Part shown: positions 37,701-46,018 of the stretch, piece by piece | Numbering within the stretch: position 1 is the first letter of the stretch | Layout: each line of letters begins with the position of its first letter | Virus record (IMG/VR): IMGVR_UViG_3300031784_000003 | Reading direction: 5' to 3' (one strand) | DNA from: a virus | Taxonomy: Duplodnaviria; Caudoviricetes | Length of the DNA: 64,000 nucleotides | The notes under the pieces: generated by a model | Database searches by the model: none | What the model saw: the letters and a program-made list of their open reading frames with translations, nothing else | Told to the model about the DNA's origin: nothing | Translations under genes and position numbers: made by a program

Positions 37701-40700
37701 AATATACCCTACCTATAATAGATTTTTCAGTAAATAGTAGTTATTATAATTTACAAAACCCAATAGGGGATGTATACAATTATTACTCAACGGAGATTTT
37801 TTGGGACAATTTTAATAAGGCAAGAATAGTTAAGGAAGTTGTTCCAGGATCAAAATCATTATCTCTGCAACCATCATCTGTATTACAGGATCCTTCCCTT
37901 ATGACACCATCAAATTGGAAGGTAGATTCTATTGATGAATATGGTAGAGTTAGTTTTACACCAAAAACTTTTACTGATAATTTTATATTAGATTGGTATA
38001 GTTCTGACTTATTAAGTGATTTATATAAGACAGTTGCCACATATTATGGTTATAAGTTTAGTAAATTTACTTTTGATTATAATAATAATGTTTTAGTGCC
38101 TTTTGTGGGTGATAATTTATATAGTGATAGACCTAATTCTGTAATCACTGCGGCAGTGGATTCTAATAGAGTAGCTTGTGGTGATGTAAATAGTGTTGCG
38201 GTAGTATTCGCTAGTGAAAAATGGAAAGGGTTTAATTTACCTAAATTAGATGATTGTAGTTGCACTATAGACTTCTCTTTTGATTACATGTTAAAATATG
38301 ATGTGAATAACTTAACTAGATGTGCTAGTGGAATAAGTTGTTATCCTGCATTTATTTACGACAATACTATTGATAACATCAATTGCCTAAATTTTGTTGC
38401 ATTTACTAATAACGCTAATACGTCAGTTAATTTACAAAGAAATTTTAATGATTCAACCTTTGTTACCGAAGAATATGTTTTATGGCAAAATTCTACTATA
38501 TTAGAACCTAATGTAGAGTGTTGTAAGGCAGTTACAGGTAATGTGGTTGCGTTTAGAGAATGGGCTGAGTCTAATCAGACATGGGTTAAAAAAATAGAGG
38601 ATACATACATTGCGATTTATCAACGAAATACTTCTGTTTTAAATTCTTTAGATTTTGACTATACACCTATATATAATCAGGCAATTAAATATTTTGATTT
38701 AAAAAGTATATTTTATGATTCGTTACCTTATGCGGTAATTTCAGAAGGTGTAGGTGGTTTTGACGGTTCAGGAAAAGAATGTTTTACTCCTGATTTTACG
38801 GAAGAACCTTGTAATATACTATATGAGAATTATATAACTACACAAAATGTATGTTCATTAAATATGCCATTAGAATGTGGTTTATGGAGTAAATTATATG
38901 GTGATTATGAAAAATTATCTAGTGAGGTAACTAGATTAATTGAAGAGTATAATACTAACATTGCAGATTGTGGTGGTACCACTTACAATCAAGTTGTACC
39001 TTATTCCTATGAATCTGTTTCACCATCTGAAAGTAATTACGTTCCCCCAATGGCAGAAATGGTTGTGGTTGATAAAGAAAGGACTTTAAATAGTTTAGAA
39101 ACTCAGAAAGTAGAACAAATTGCAATTTTAAGGGCGGATGAAGTAACTTTGACTTCTAATATAAATGATCTTAAAAATACTATTGGGGAAAAAGAATCTA
39201 CCAACATTGTAATAAGAAAAGCATTAACAAGTGTTAATTCGGATTTAGATTGTAGCATATATGAAGTTAGTATAAAAGAGATTGATAATTTTAATTATAA
39301 AGAATATTGTAACACTATTATTTATAACGGAGGTATTAATGATGGATCTAAAAATGTAGATTATAATAATTGTGTTTCTACTAAAACTATTGAAAATAGT
39401 GAACAAAAATTAGTATATTCTGAGTTATTAAATTCTTGTATTTTAAAAAACCAACTTAATAGTCAATTAGTAAATTCTAAATTTGAAAATAATCAAGTAT
39501 TAACTACGACATTAGAAAATCAAATTCAACAATTAAATGTAAAAATTAATGAATTAACTACTAATGCTAATAGTGTTATCGCAGTAAATGAGTCTTACCA
39601 AAATTCTAAATTATTAGAAAATGATACTCAAAATACTATTAACGTTGTTTCAGAAATATTGAACGTAAGTCCTCAAAGTATAACAGACAGTAGTGGTAAT
39701 TTAGTTATTTCTGATTCACAAAAATTAAAATTAAATGTAGAATTAACTAAAAATGAGTCACAAATATCTGGATTAAATAGAGATGTTCAAAATTATTTTG
39801 ATTCTTTAAATGAAAATATACAGAATCAAAAATATATAGAGTATGGTACTAATTTTATTCAAAACGATTTAAAGACTAATATTAATAATATTAATTTGGT
39901 TGATCCACCAATAACTCAACCAACTACTCAAAGAATAGGTATATCTCCTACCACAGATAATAAAATCTCGAATATGGATTATAATCAATATACGGGAGAG
40001 TTTAACAATCTTACTTGGGTTAAACCTGATTATAACCCAATAACGGAAGAGTTTATTCCAGTTAGAACGGATTATAATCAATTTATTACTGAAGATTTAA
40101 TTCCGACTAAACCTATTAATAATGGGTTTGACGCCTCTATAGGGGGAGAGTACAATAAAACTGAAGAAGTTGCTCAAGTAGTTAATGTTGGTACAGGTAA
40201 TTTTTCAGATTGTTGTTTAGCATACTTAAAACTTAAAGAAAACAATACAATACAGGTTTTAAATGATATTTTACTTGATGTACAAGAAAGTATTAATTTT
40301 ATTAAAACAAATGTGTATAATGCGTATAATAGATGGAATGATACCTTAGAAAATAGTTATGAAAATTATATTGAAAGTAGTACAAATTATTTAAAATATA
40401 TCGATGATTTAAAAATCAATTTTAAATTATTTGTTGATAATAATAATATTGATGTGAATAATAGTATAGACACATCTTTAACTTATTTACCATACACTCA
40501 ATCAATAAATCCTATATGGGAATTTAATCCATCAGAAGGATATAGTGGTATTTTATTAGAAGGTGATGAACAAAGTTTGGCGTTAGTTGAAGAATCTATT
40601 TTTGATACGTTATCGTCTAAAAATATTAATTACAATTCTAATTTGTTTGAACCAGATTGGAAGACGTTTAATTTTACTATACCTGAATGTGTGTGTGACG

Positions 40701-43033
40701 ATTTAAGAAGATTATATCCTAACAAAGATTTTTATTTTAGTATTGAGATAGAAAATTATGAATGTGATGTGTGTTTATTAGTTGACAATATAATGGTAAA
40801 CGTATCTGATTGTAAAACAGATAGGATAGTTTCGATTAATAATTGTTTAATACCACAATTAAGTTGTGTAATAGATAACAAAAAATCTTGGGTGTATTAT
40901 GAAGATGGTGTAGTTAAAGAAACCGTTTATCCTAATGGTGAATGTAATGGTGAATCCATTACTAATTTTGAGGTGGTTAAAATAAATGCACCACAAGAAA
41001 GACTATGGACAGATTTAGAATATAGATATACTAATTATGATAACTATCATTCAGATTTATTATTAAATGTTAAAAATACAACTTTTAGTATTGATCCTGC
41101 AAAATCTATAGAATGTGACGTATTTAATTTTTGGAGAAATATTGATTGTGATAATTGTCCTACATCTAATAATTGCGATTCAGACAATTATATATTCCAA
41201 ACCGCTGAAGATTATTTGTTTATGGAAGGTGACGATTACATCTTTCAAGATCAAATTATAACATATAGTAATTTTAATGATACATTAGATGTAACAGGAA
41301 CTTCATTTAATTATAATTTAAATTTAGGTAATGCAACATTTAATAGTTTATCATTTAGTTGTGAAACATATACAAACACATTACAAAATCAAGTAATAGA
41401 ACTTAAAAATAAGTATTATACATTAACTTCTAATTATTCAGATTCATTAAATTCAACTTATTACGATTTATTAGAAAAAGGTGAAACACTTTCTAATTTT
41501 TATATAAATAAAAATAATTGTGGTGGGGATACTTTGGTTCTTAATAACAATAACCAAATTGGTAGTTTGTTTAATCTAATAGTAGAAGATAGTGATGGTA
41601 CTTTAGGGTTATTTGATGTTTATACATATTCAGGTACACCTACATATAGTGGTGGTTATATACAAGAAATTTTATCTGGTGTAACTGCACAAACATTCAA
41701 CCAAACAAATAATTTGACTAAAGAATGTTGTGAATCTATTAACACTTTATTAAATGTTAATGGTATTAATGGTTTAGGATTAGGTAAAAATTATCAATGG
41801 GACGAAGAAAATAATTCTTGTAATTGGTACAAAAATGACGATTGTTCTGATTGTAAAGGGGATTGTGAGTATTGTTCTAAAAGTAAAAGTTGTGTAAGTG
41901 GGGTAACTTCTGGTGATACATATAGTGTTTGTATTAACCCATTAGACTTTTTGGATATCGATACATCAAACATCAACATTAAAGATATTTTTGATGATTT
42001 AGTTTTAAGTAATTTGATAGATGCGAAAAGTAGACAAACAATTAGCGATTACCCATTATTAAGATTATTCTACGAACTTTATTTAAAGGCTAATAATTGT
42101 GGTAAAAATTTATCAAATAAATTTACATATGACAGTATGTTTGAATTTATGGATAAAATAGGTGACTACTGGTTAGATTTAATTGAACAAGTAGTTCCTG
42201 CAACTACAATATGGGAAGGTTGTGATAATTCAGGTAAAATTTATAGGAATACTATATTCGATCAAAATAAATTTAAATATAAAAAATCTAGTTTAAATTT
42301 TGTAGATGCCACAGTAGTTTGTCCTTTAAGTGCACAAACAGAATATAGTATTGGTTCAAAAACTATTCATTCTTTAGTTGAACAAAAACCAATATACCCT
42401 ACTAATCCTGAAATTGAGAATTTAAAAAAACGAATAAAATTTGAAAATATTCGTATCAATAATAATATTAGGGCGTTAAAAAACTATGAAAAAGTATTAT
42501 GTTCGTTAAAATTAAAAGATGTTGACACACCAAATTTAAATAATCAAATACGACTATTAAATAATCAAATACAACTATTAAATAATTCGATAAAAGCTTT
42601 AAATAGTAAAGTACTTGGGTTGACATCTCAATTGGGTACTTTGGAAACAAAATATAAAGAACAACAAAATAATTTTGATAAAAATTTTATGAGTTGTAGT
42701 GGTTTATCAGAAACTTTAAAAACTGCGGAAGATAATTTAACTAATTATGTCCCTGGCACAACATCGTATGAAAGACAAAGAAATTTTATAGCATCGATTA
42801 AGGATAAATATTATAGATGTGTTAGAAAATCAAATGTATTAGTAACTGATTATAACACTGTTTTTATAACTCAAATTTATGATACTAATGAATATGAAGG
42901 TAATGTTACTATAATAGGTGATGATGATTGGGTTGACGGTGGACCTTTTAATAATAAAGAGTTAATTCATAACTGTGAGTCGTCTTGGGAAAGAGCTAGA
43001 AACTATTGGGATTACTTTTACAACAGATCTTAA
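34775..43033 (+). CDS. Giant baseplate wedge protein (P2 gpI / T4 gp7-like domain) with Cys-rich and coiled-coil insertions
   Basis: VPDTLIKDLALMLGF..ELYRRIILNIAWLWKSKGSRKAVEFLFRFIG is gpI-like; 2752 aa. Confidence 0.65.
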   Translation: MANKRIKVAGYAQRIFFNDNIEYRDFSPDLVGLQLTSDGGTTLFTNGNFTISTNLDPKPDTLFIQGKKSKFFTLEDIVESDTPQLEIQKNIKTKLNIDLTNPLSYIWYGSAKEMVKASLIEIQEKWPAAIYVDNKVGSVTGNNITNYVYDIESDESTFTVNSNYFINPYGIKYTIDAQYVGNNDSANPLRNFTLNYGSYLIEHNGISKKIKSITPSTQKTNSTIELVVEGNPFPELTGIYIPQLSFLFNNVDGSIPYFIKPNESEIEKFFSGLNELQSNLLNRNIYPKYKSEVISTNYTDDGVLLTSKSVLTFPVLDDGYNLNFFDSFYIAYIDQLNDLGKGLDDTKTDIIVRKYTTEAISSFDTVPRADGNDLVLNGEKATKLLRIYGVEFDYVKKYINAIKFAHVVTYDKKNNVPDTLIKDLALMLGFEPINFIDSSSLSKLFLPSNGSGLFSGTSTNLTESEIDVELYRRIILNIAWLWKSKGSRKAVEFLFRFIGAPESLANFNEYVVIVDKPLDMVEIKKLLYLYTGDVNLDNIPYDENGFPLPPINGDIVISNYIDPETGEIVENDFTEMYFQKGGGWYRETYGSNSPIVLNGNNPHVGKYDGGNEYLQYFSRCFIPNFDNEPTVTLTAKTLVQNYFINYNYGIFNGINDNSEIFTNQLTFNALTNSYQPINECLNVNYSIIETPLQNDGKTTLQQAFSGAQAEYNRYLQLIKENSYLQYSPEWETIKNNYELSLKNCLNEISTENCDINKTLEICLSENPKDLVVYSCNNLNLENASPFIYYTNSDGVKVSFDEFPSCCASQDAKYVSYVNEYGRQTEYCSSLAPCVGNPISTLPNGVIEFEMVNNTTPKDIIQIETRCFQYINTTISFEDFSARVDATSYVSDFCLGFVDREFTYQYGYGRTNCGTYFKEVTCNSTSIVSSPECCAWYGYGFEIIEQGDYKFIVCKEKNQLTTPGPRRTGIGTKYYNEYTLPIIDFSVNSSYYNLQNPIGDVYNYYSTEIFWDNFNKARIVKEVVPGSKSLSLQPSSVLQDPSLMTPSNWKVDSIDEYGRVSFTPKTFTDNFILDWYSSDLLSDLYKTVATYYGYKFSKFTFDYNNNVLVPFVGDNLYSDRPNSVITAAVDSNRVACGDVNSVAVVFASEKWKGFNLPKLDDCSCTIDFSFDYMLKYDVNNLTRCASGISCYPAFIYDNTIDNINCLNFVAFTNNANTSVNLQRNFNDSTFVTEEYVLWQNSTILEPNVECCKAVTGNVVAFREWAESNQTWVKKIEDTYIAIYQRNTSVLNSLDFDYTPIYNQAIKYFDLKSIFYDSLPYAVISEGVGGFDGSGKECFTPDFTEEPCNILYENYITTQNVCSLNMPLECGLWSKLYGDYEKLSSEVTRLIEEYNTNIADCGGTTYNQVVPYSYESVSPSESNYVPPMAEMVVVDKERTLNSLETQKVEQIAILRADEVTLTSNINDLKNTIGEKESTNIVIRKALTSVNSDLDCSIYEVSIKEIDNFNYKEYCNTIIYNGGINDGSKNVDYNNCVSTKTIENSEQKLVYSELLNSCILKNQLNSQLVNSKFENNQVLTTTLENQIQQLNVKINELTTNANSVIAVNESYQNSKLLENDTQNTINVVSEILNVSPQSITDSSGNLVISDSQKLKLNVELTKNESQISGLNRDVQNYFDSLNENIQNQKYIEYGTNFIQNDLKTNINNINLVDPPITQPTTQRIGISPTTDNKISNMDYNQYTGEFNNLTWVKPDYNPITEEFIPVRTDYNQFITEDLIPTKPINNGFDASIGGEYNKTEEVAQVVNVGTGNFSDCCLAYLKLKENNTIQVLNDILLDVQESINFIKTNVYNAYNRWNDTLENSYENYIESSTNYLKYIDDLKINFKLFVDNNNIDVNNSIDTSLTYLPYTQSINPIWEFNPSEGYSGILLEGDEQSLALVEESIFDTLSSKNINYNSNLFEPDWKTFNFTIPECVCDDLRRLYPNKDFYFSIEIENYECDVCLLVDNIMVNVSDCKTDRIVSINNCLIPQLSCVIDNKKSWVYYEDGVVKETVYPNGECNGESITNFEVVKINAPQERLWTDLEYRYTNYDNYHSDLLLNVKNTTFSIDPAKSIECDVFNFWRNIDCDNCPTSNNCDSDNYIFQTAEDYLFMEGDDYIFQDQIITYSNFNDTLDVTGTSFNYNLNLGNATFNSLSFSCETYTNTLQNQVIELKNKYYTLTSNYSDSLNSTYYDLLEKGETLSNFYINKNNCGGDTLVLNNNNQIGSLFNLIVEDSDGTLGLFDVYTYSGTPTYSGGYIQEILSGVTAQTFNQTNNLTKECCESINTLLNVNGINGLGLGKNYQWDEENNSCNWYKNDDCSDCKGDCEYCSKSKSCVSGVTSGDTYSVCINPLDFLDIDTSNINIKDIFDDLVLSNLIDAKSRQTISDYPLLRLFYELYLKANNCGKNLSNKFTYDSMFEFMDKIGDYWLDLIEQVVPATTIWEGCDNSGKIYRNTIFDQNKFKYKKSSLNFVDATVVCPLSAQTEYSIGSKTIHSLVEQKPIYPTNPEIENLKKRIKFENIRINNNIRALKNYEKVLCSLKLKDVDTPNLNNQIRLLNNQIQLLNNSIKALNSKVLGLTSQLGTLETKYKEQQNNFDKNFMSCSGLSETLKTAEDNLTNYVPGTTSYERQRNFIASIKDKYYRCVRKSNVLVTDYNTVFITQIYDTNEYEGNVTIIGDDDWVDGGPFNNKELIHNCESSWERARNYWDYFYNRS
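42536..42586 (+). repeat. 21-bp (heptad) tandem repeat, LNNQIRL/LNNQIQL/LNN
   Basis: ttaaataatcaaatacgacta and ttaaataatcaaatacaacta differ by one G/A. Confidence 0.9.
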
Positions 43034-43078
43034 ATAATTATTGGTATCAAAATCAATAAAGAGTAATATTTATTAATA

Positions 43079-45979
43079 ATGGCAAAAATAAGTGGTAAAA
43101 TAATAAATCCTATAAAAAGTGGTGGTGAGGTTATTAGAGAAATTGAGACACCTGTTGTTTTAAGAGTTGGTACAGACATTAACTATCAAGCATCATCTCT
43201 GTCTTCTTTTTTAGAAACCGAATCAGCATTGTTTTTACCAACAAATTTATCTATGATAGATAATATTTTTGTATTATCTAAACCAGAAAAATATGGGCAG
43301 TCTATTTTTAGAGATAAATTAATTGAAAAAACTATTCCATTATATTTTTCTGGTAATAGTAGTGATAGTATTTTAACTACCCCAATAATACCTAATAATC
43401 AAATTAGATATATTGATGGGGGTAGAAAATATCAATTATTGGCTAGTAGGGGAGAAAGTTTACATATTGAAGTGGATATAAGTAATACTGAACCTTATAT
43501 TCATGTGGAGAGGTCAGATTTTGATAGTTTTGATTTTCCTCAAATTACGATGAGATCTGTTCGTAAAATTCCTACATCTAGTGCGGAAACTTTATGTGGT
43601 CCTGTATCTTATACTGGGTATACATATGATAGATTAAACTATAATTGGTTTTTTGGGCAAAATGTGGGTATAAGTTTTAACCCAATACAAAATGGTAATA
43701 ATCCAATTACGATAAGTGGTGCGATGGTAACGCAGGAAGGATGCTCATCAATATCTAACGAAGAAGGTAAGTTATTGTTTTACACTAATGGTGAAACAGT
43801 ATTTACTAGTGCTAATACTATTATGCTTAGTGGTGATAGTTTATCTAGTTCAGGAACATCAACACAATCGTCAATTATTGTCCCTAGACCGAATACGGAT
43901 AAATATTATATATTTACTACTAACTATAATGGTTTAACAAATGGGTTTAATTATTCTATAGTAGACATGAGTTTACAAAATGGTGACGGTCAAGTTACTA
44001 CAAAAAATATACAACTAATTAGTAACCCTTTAACTGAAAAAGTTACTGCTTGTAGCCATAGTAATGGTGAAGATTATTGGGTAATAACACACACAAGTGG
44101 TGATAGTACATATTATAGTTATTACGTTTCGTCTATAGGTTTAACTGCACCAGTAACTACAAATATTGGTAGTGTTCACAATACTGTTAGGGGGTATATG
44201 AAAACATCTCCAGATGGTAATAAATTAATTTCTTTACTATATGATGAAGACATTATAGATATTTTAGATTTTGAAAGTTCTGCAGGTACACTATCTAATT
44301 TGATTAGTATTACGGGAATGACATTTAATGTTGGTCCGTATGGTTTAGAATTTTCTTCAGATTCGTCTAAGTTCTATGTTTCTGATGGTGCAGGCGAAAA
44401 AATCTACCAATTTGATTTATCATATACATCGGCAACGGAAATGGTTAATAATGTAATAGAGGTGGCAGATATTAGTGGGGCTACTTTAGGTGCATTACAA
44501 ATGGGTCCTGATGAGAGAATTTATGTGGCAGATTATAATAGTGATAAATTACATATAATACATAGGCCAAATGGTTTAGGTGTTCAATGTAATTTTCAGG
44601 AAGATGGATTCACATTAACATCGTCTACAGTGACAGGTACAACATCATTGTGGGGATTACCAAACGTCATCACTTCTAAAAGTATTTCTTGTGATAGATG
44701 TGTGTTTATAACCCCAAAAACTCAATCAGGTTTTCAGTTTGATTTATTGGTTAATAACATAAATGGAGTTATTGAAACAAATAAGTTATCGTATTATGGT
44801 GAGATTTATAAATACAATAGTAATACACAAGTTTTTAATAATTCTGCATTGTATAATTTTTCACTACCATATGAAACTTTAACTGCAAATACAGGTAACA
44901 CAATTTTTATACCTTCTTTGAACATAGGTGAAGGGGAATTTTTATTAAAATCTTATTGGAATTATGATGTCAATACACTTTTGGCTAAACAACAATTAGT
45001 AAGAAAGAATAGTTTAGACACATATAAAAGAGGTAATTTATATGGTATCTACTATCCTGAAACAGATTGGTATTTTATTAATATTTTTTCTGCGGATAAA
45101 CCACTATTTAATAATAGTGTTGCACCATCTCCACCATCTTTAAACACATTTACCGTTTCGACACAATTTACTAATTCAGGACAAACTGATTATTTTATAG
45201 ATGGGTTATCTGACCCAATAGTAAGTTATAATGGTTCTGTATTGGCAAAGGATATTGAGTATAGTGCTATAACAACAGGTGCAACACCATTTATAAGACT
45301 TTCATTTAGTCCATTAGATAATCAAATATTAACATACGCATTTATTTCAAACGGTAAAACAAATGATTTATTGGCAGACACATATCCGATAACGTCACCA
45401 ATCAGTAGTGGGGTAACTCAATCTACGTCAGATAGAGTATTTTTTAATACAACTACTTTAAAATATGAATTTTATTTAACTAGTTCTCCAGCAACTGATG
45501 TAGTTTTATCTTTAAATGGATCAATTTTGTCTAAAGATATCGAATATTATAGATCAATTAGTGACAATAGAAGAATAATTTTAGAAAATAATTTAAATGT
45601 TGGAGATGTATTAGAGGCGTTTTATGTTCCTAACGCAGCGATTAATGGTGGAATAAGTACAAACACACCAATAATAAGTTGGTCAATAAATAGTGCACCA
45701 TCTACCGAAATATATGGTCGTTTTACTGTTGAGATTACTTCTTCAACAGACATAGAGTTCCAAAGTGTCATATATAGTGAAATAGTAGACTATGAATTAA
45801 ATCAAAAAACTTATAGTAAGATGATAACGTTGACAAATGCGGTGGCAGGAGATAAATTTATATATAGAGTTAAAAATGAAAAATTTTATACACCAATTAT
45901 AGGTGAAACTATTTATGATGTGTCATATAGTGATGTAAATAAAATACAAATATTGACAAATGCTGGTAATGCATATTAA
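43079..45979 (+). CDS. Tail fibre/adhesin-like protein: Bacteroidota-type beta-propeller plus beta-sandwich repeats and an FN3-like end
   Basis: NWFFG..EGCSSISN..LLFYTNG..STQSSIIVP..YSIVDMSL..EKVTA..DYWVITH..GALQMGPD..CNF..GLPN; two LNGSxLxKDIEY repeats; TATTTAT at 43067-43073. Confidence 0.7.
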   Translation: MAKISGKIINPIKSGGEVIREIETPVVLRVGTDINYQASSLSSFLETESALFLPTNLSMIDNIFVLSKPEKYGQSIFRDKLIEKTIPLYFSGNSSDSILTTPIIPNNQIRYIDGGRKYQLLASRGESLHIEVDISNTEPYIHVERSDFDSFDFPQITMRSVRKIPTSSAETLCGPVSYTGYTYDRLNYNWFFGQNVGISFNPIQNGNNPITISGAMVTQEGCSSISNEEGKLLFYTNGETVFTSANTIMLSGDSLSSSGTSTQSSIIVPRPNTDKYYIFTTNYNGLTNGFNYSIVDMSLQNGDGQVTTKNIQLISNPLTEKVTACSHSNGEDYWVITHTSGDSTYYSYYVSSIGLTAPVTTNIGSVHNTVRGYMKTSPDGNKLISLLYDEDIIDILDFESSAGTLSNLISITGMTFNVGPYGLEFSSDSSKFYVSDGAGEKIYQFDLSYTSATEMVNNVIEVADISGATLGALQMGPDERIYVADYNSDKLHIIHRPNGLGVQCNFQEDGFTLTSSTVTGTTSLWGLPNVITSKSISCDRCVFITPKTQSGFQFDLLVNNINGVIETNKLSYYGEIYKYNSNTQVFNNSALYNFSLPYETLTANTGNTIFIPSLNIGEGEFLLKSYWNYDVNTLLAKQQLVRKNSLDTYKRGNLYGIYYPETDWYFINIFSADKPLFNNSVAPSPPSLNTFTVSTQFTNSGQTDYFIDGLSDPIVSYNGSVLAKDIEYSAITTGATPFIRLSFSPLDNQILTYAFISNGKTNDLLADTYPITSPISSGVTQSTSDRVFFNTTTLKYEFYLTSSPATDVVLSLNGSILSKDIEYYRSISDNRRIILENNLNVGDVLEAFYVPNAAINGGISTNTPIISWSINSAPSTEIYGRFTVEITSSTDIEFQSVIYSEIVDYELNQKTYSKMITLTNAVAGDKFIYRVKNEKFYTPIIGETIYDVSYSDVNKIQILTNAGNAY

Positions 45980-46018
45980 TAATTAAAAATTAGAATATTT
46001 ATTTAAAAATAAAGGGAA

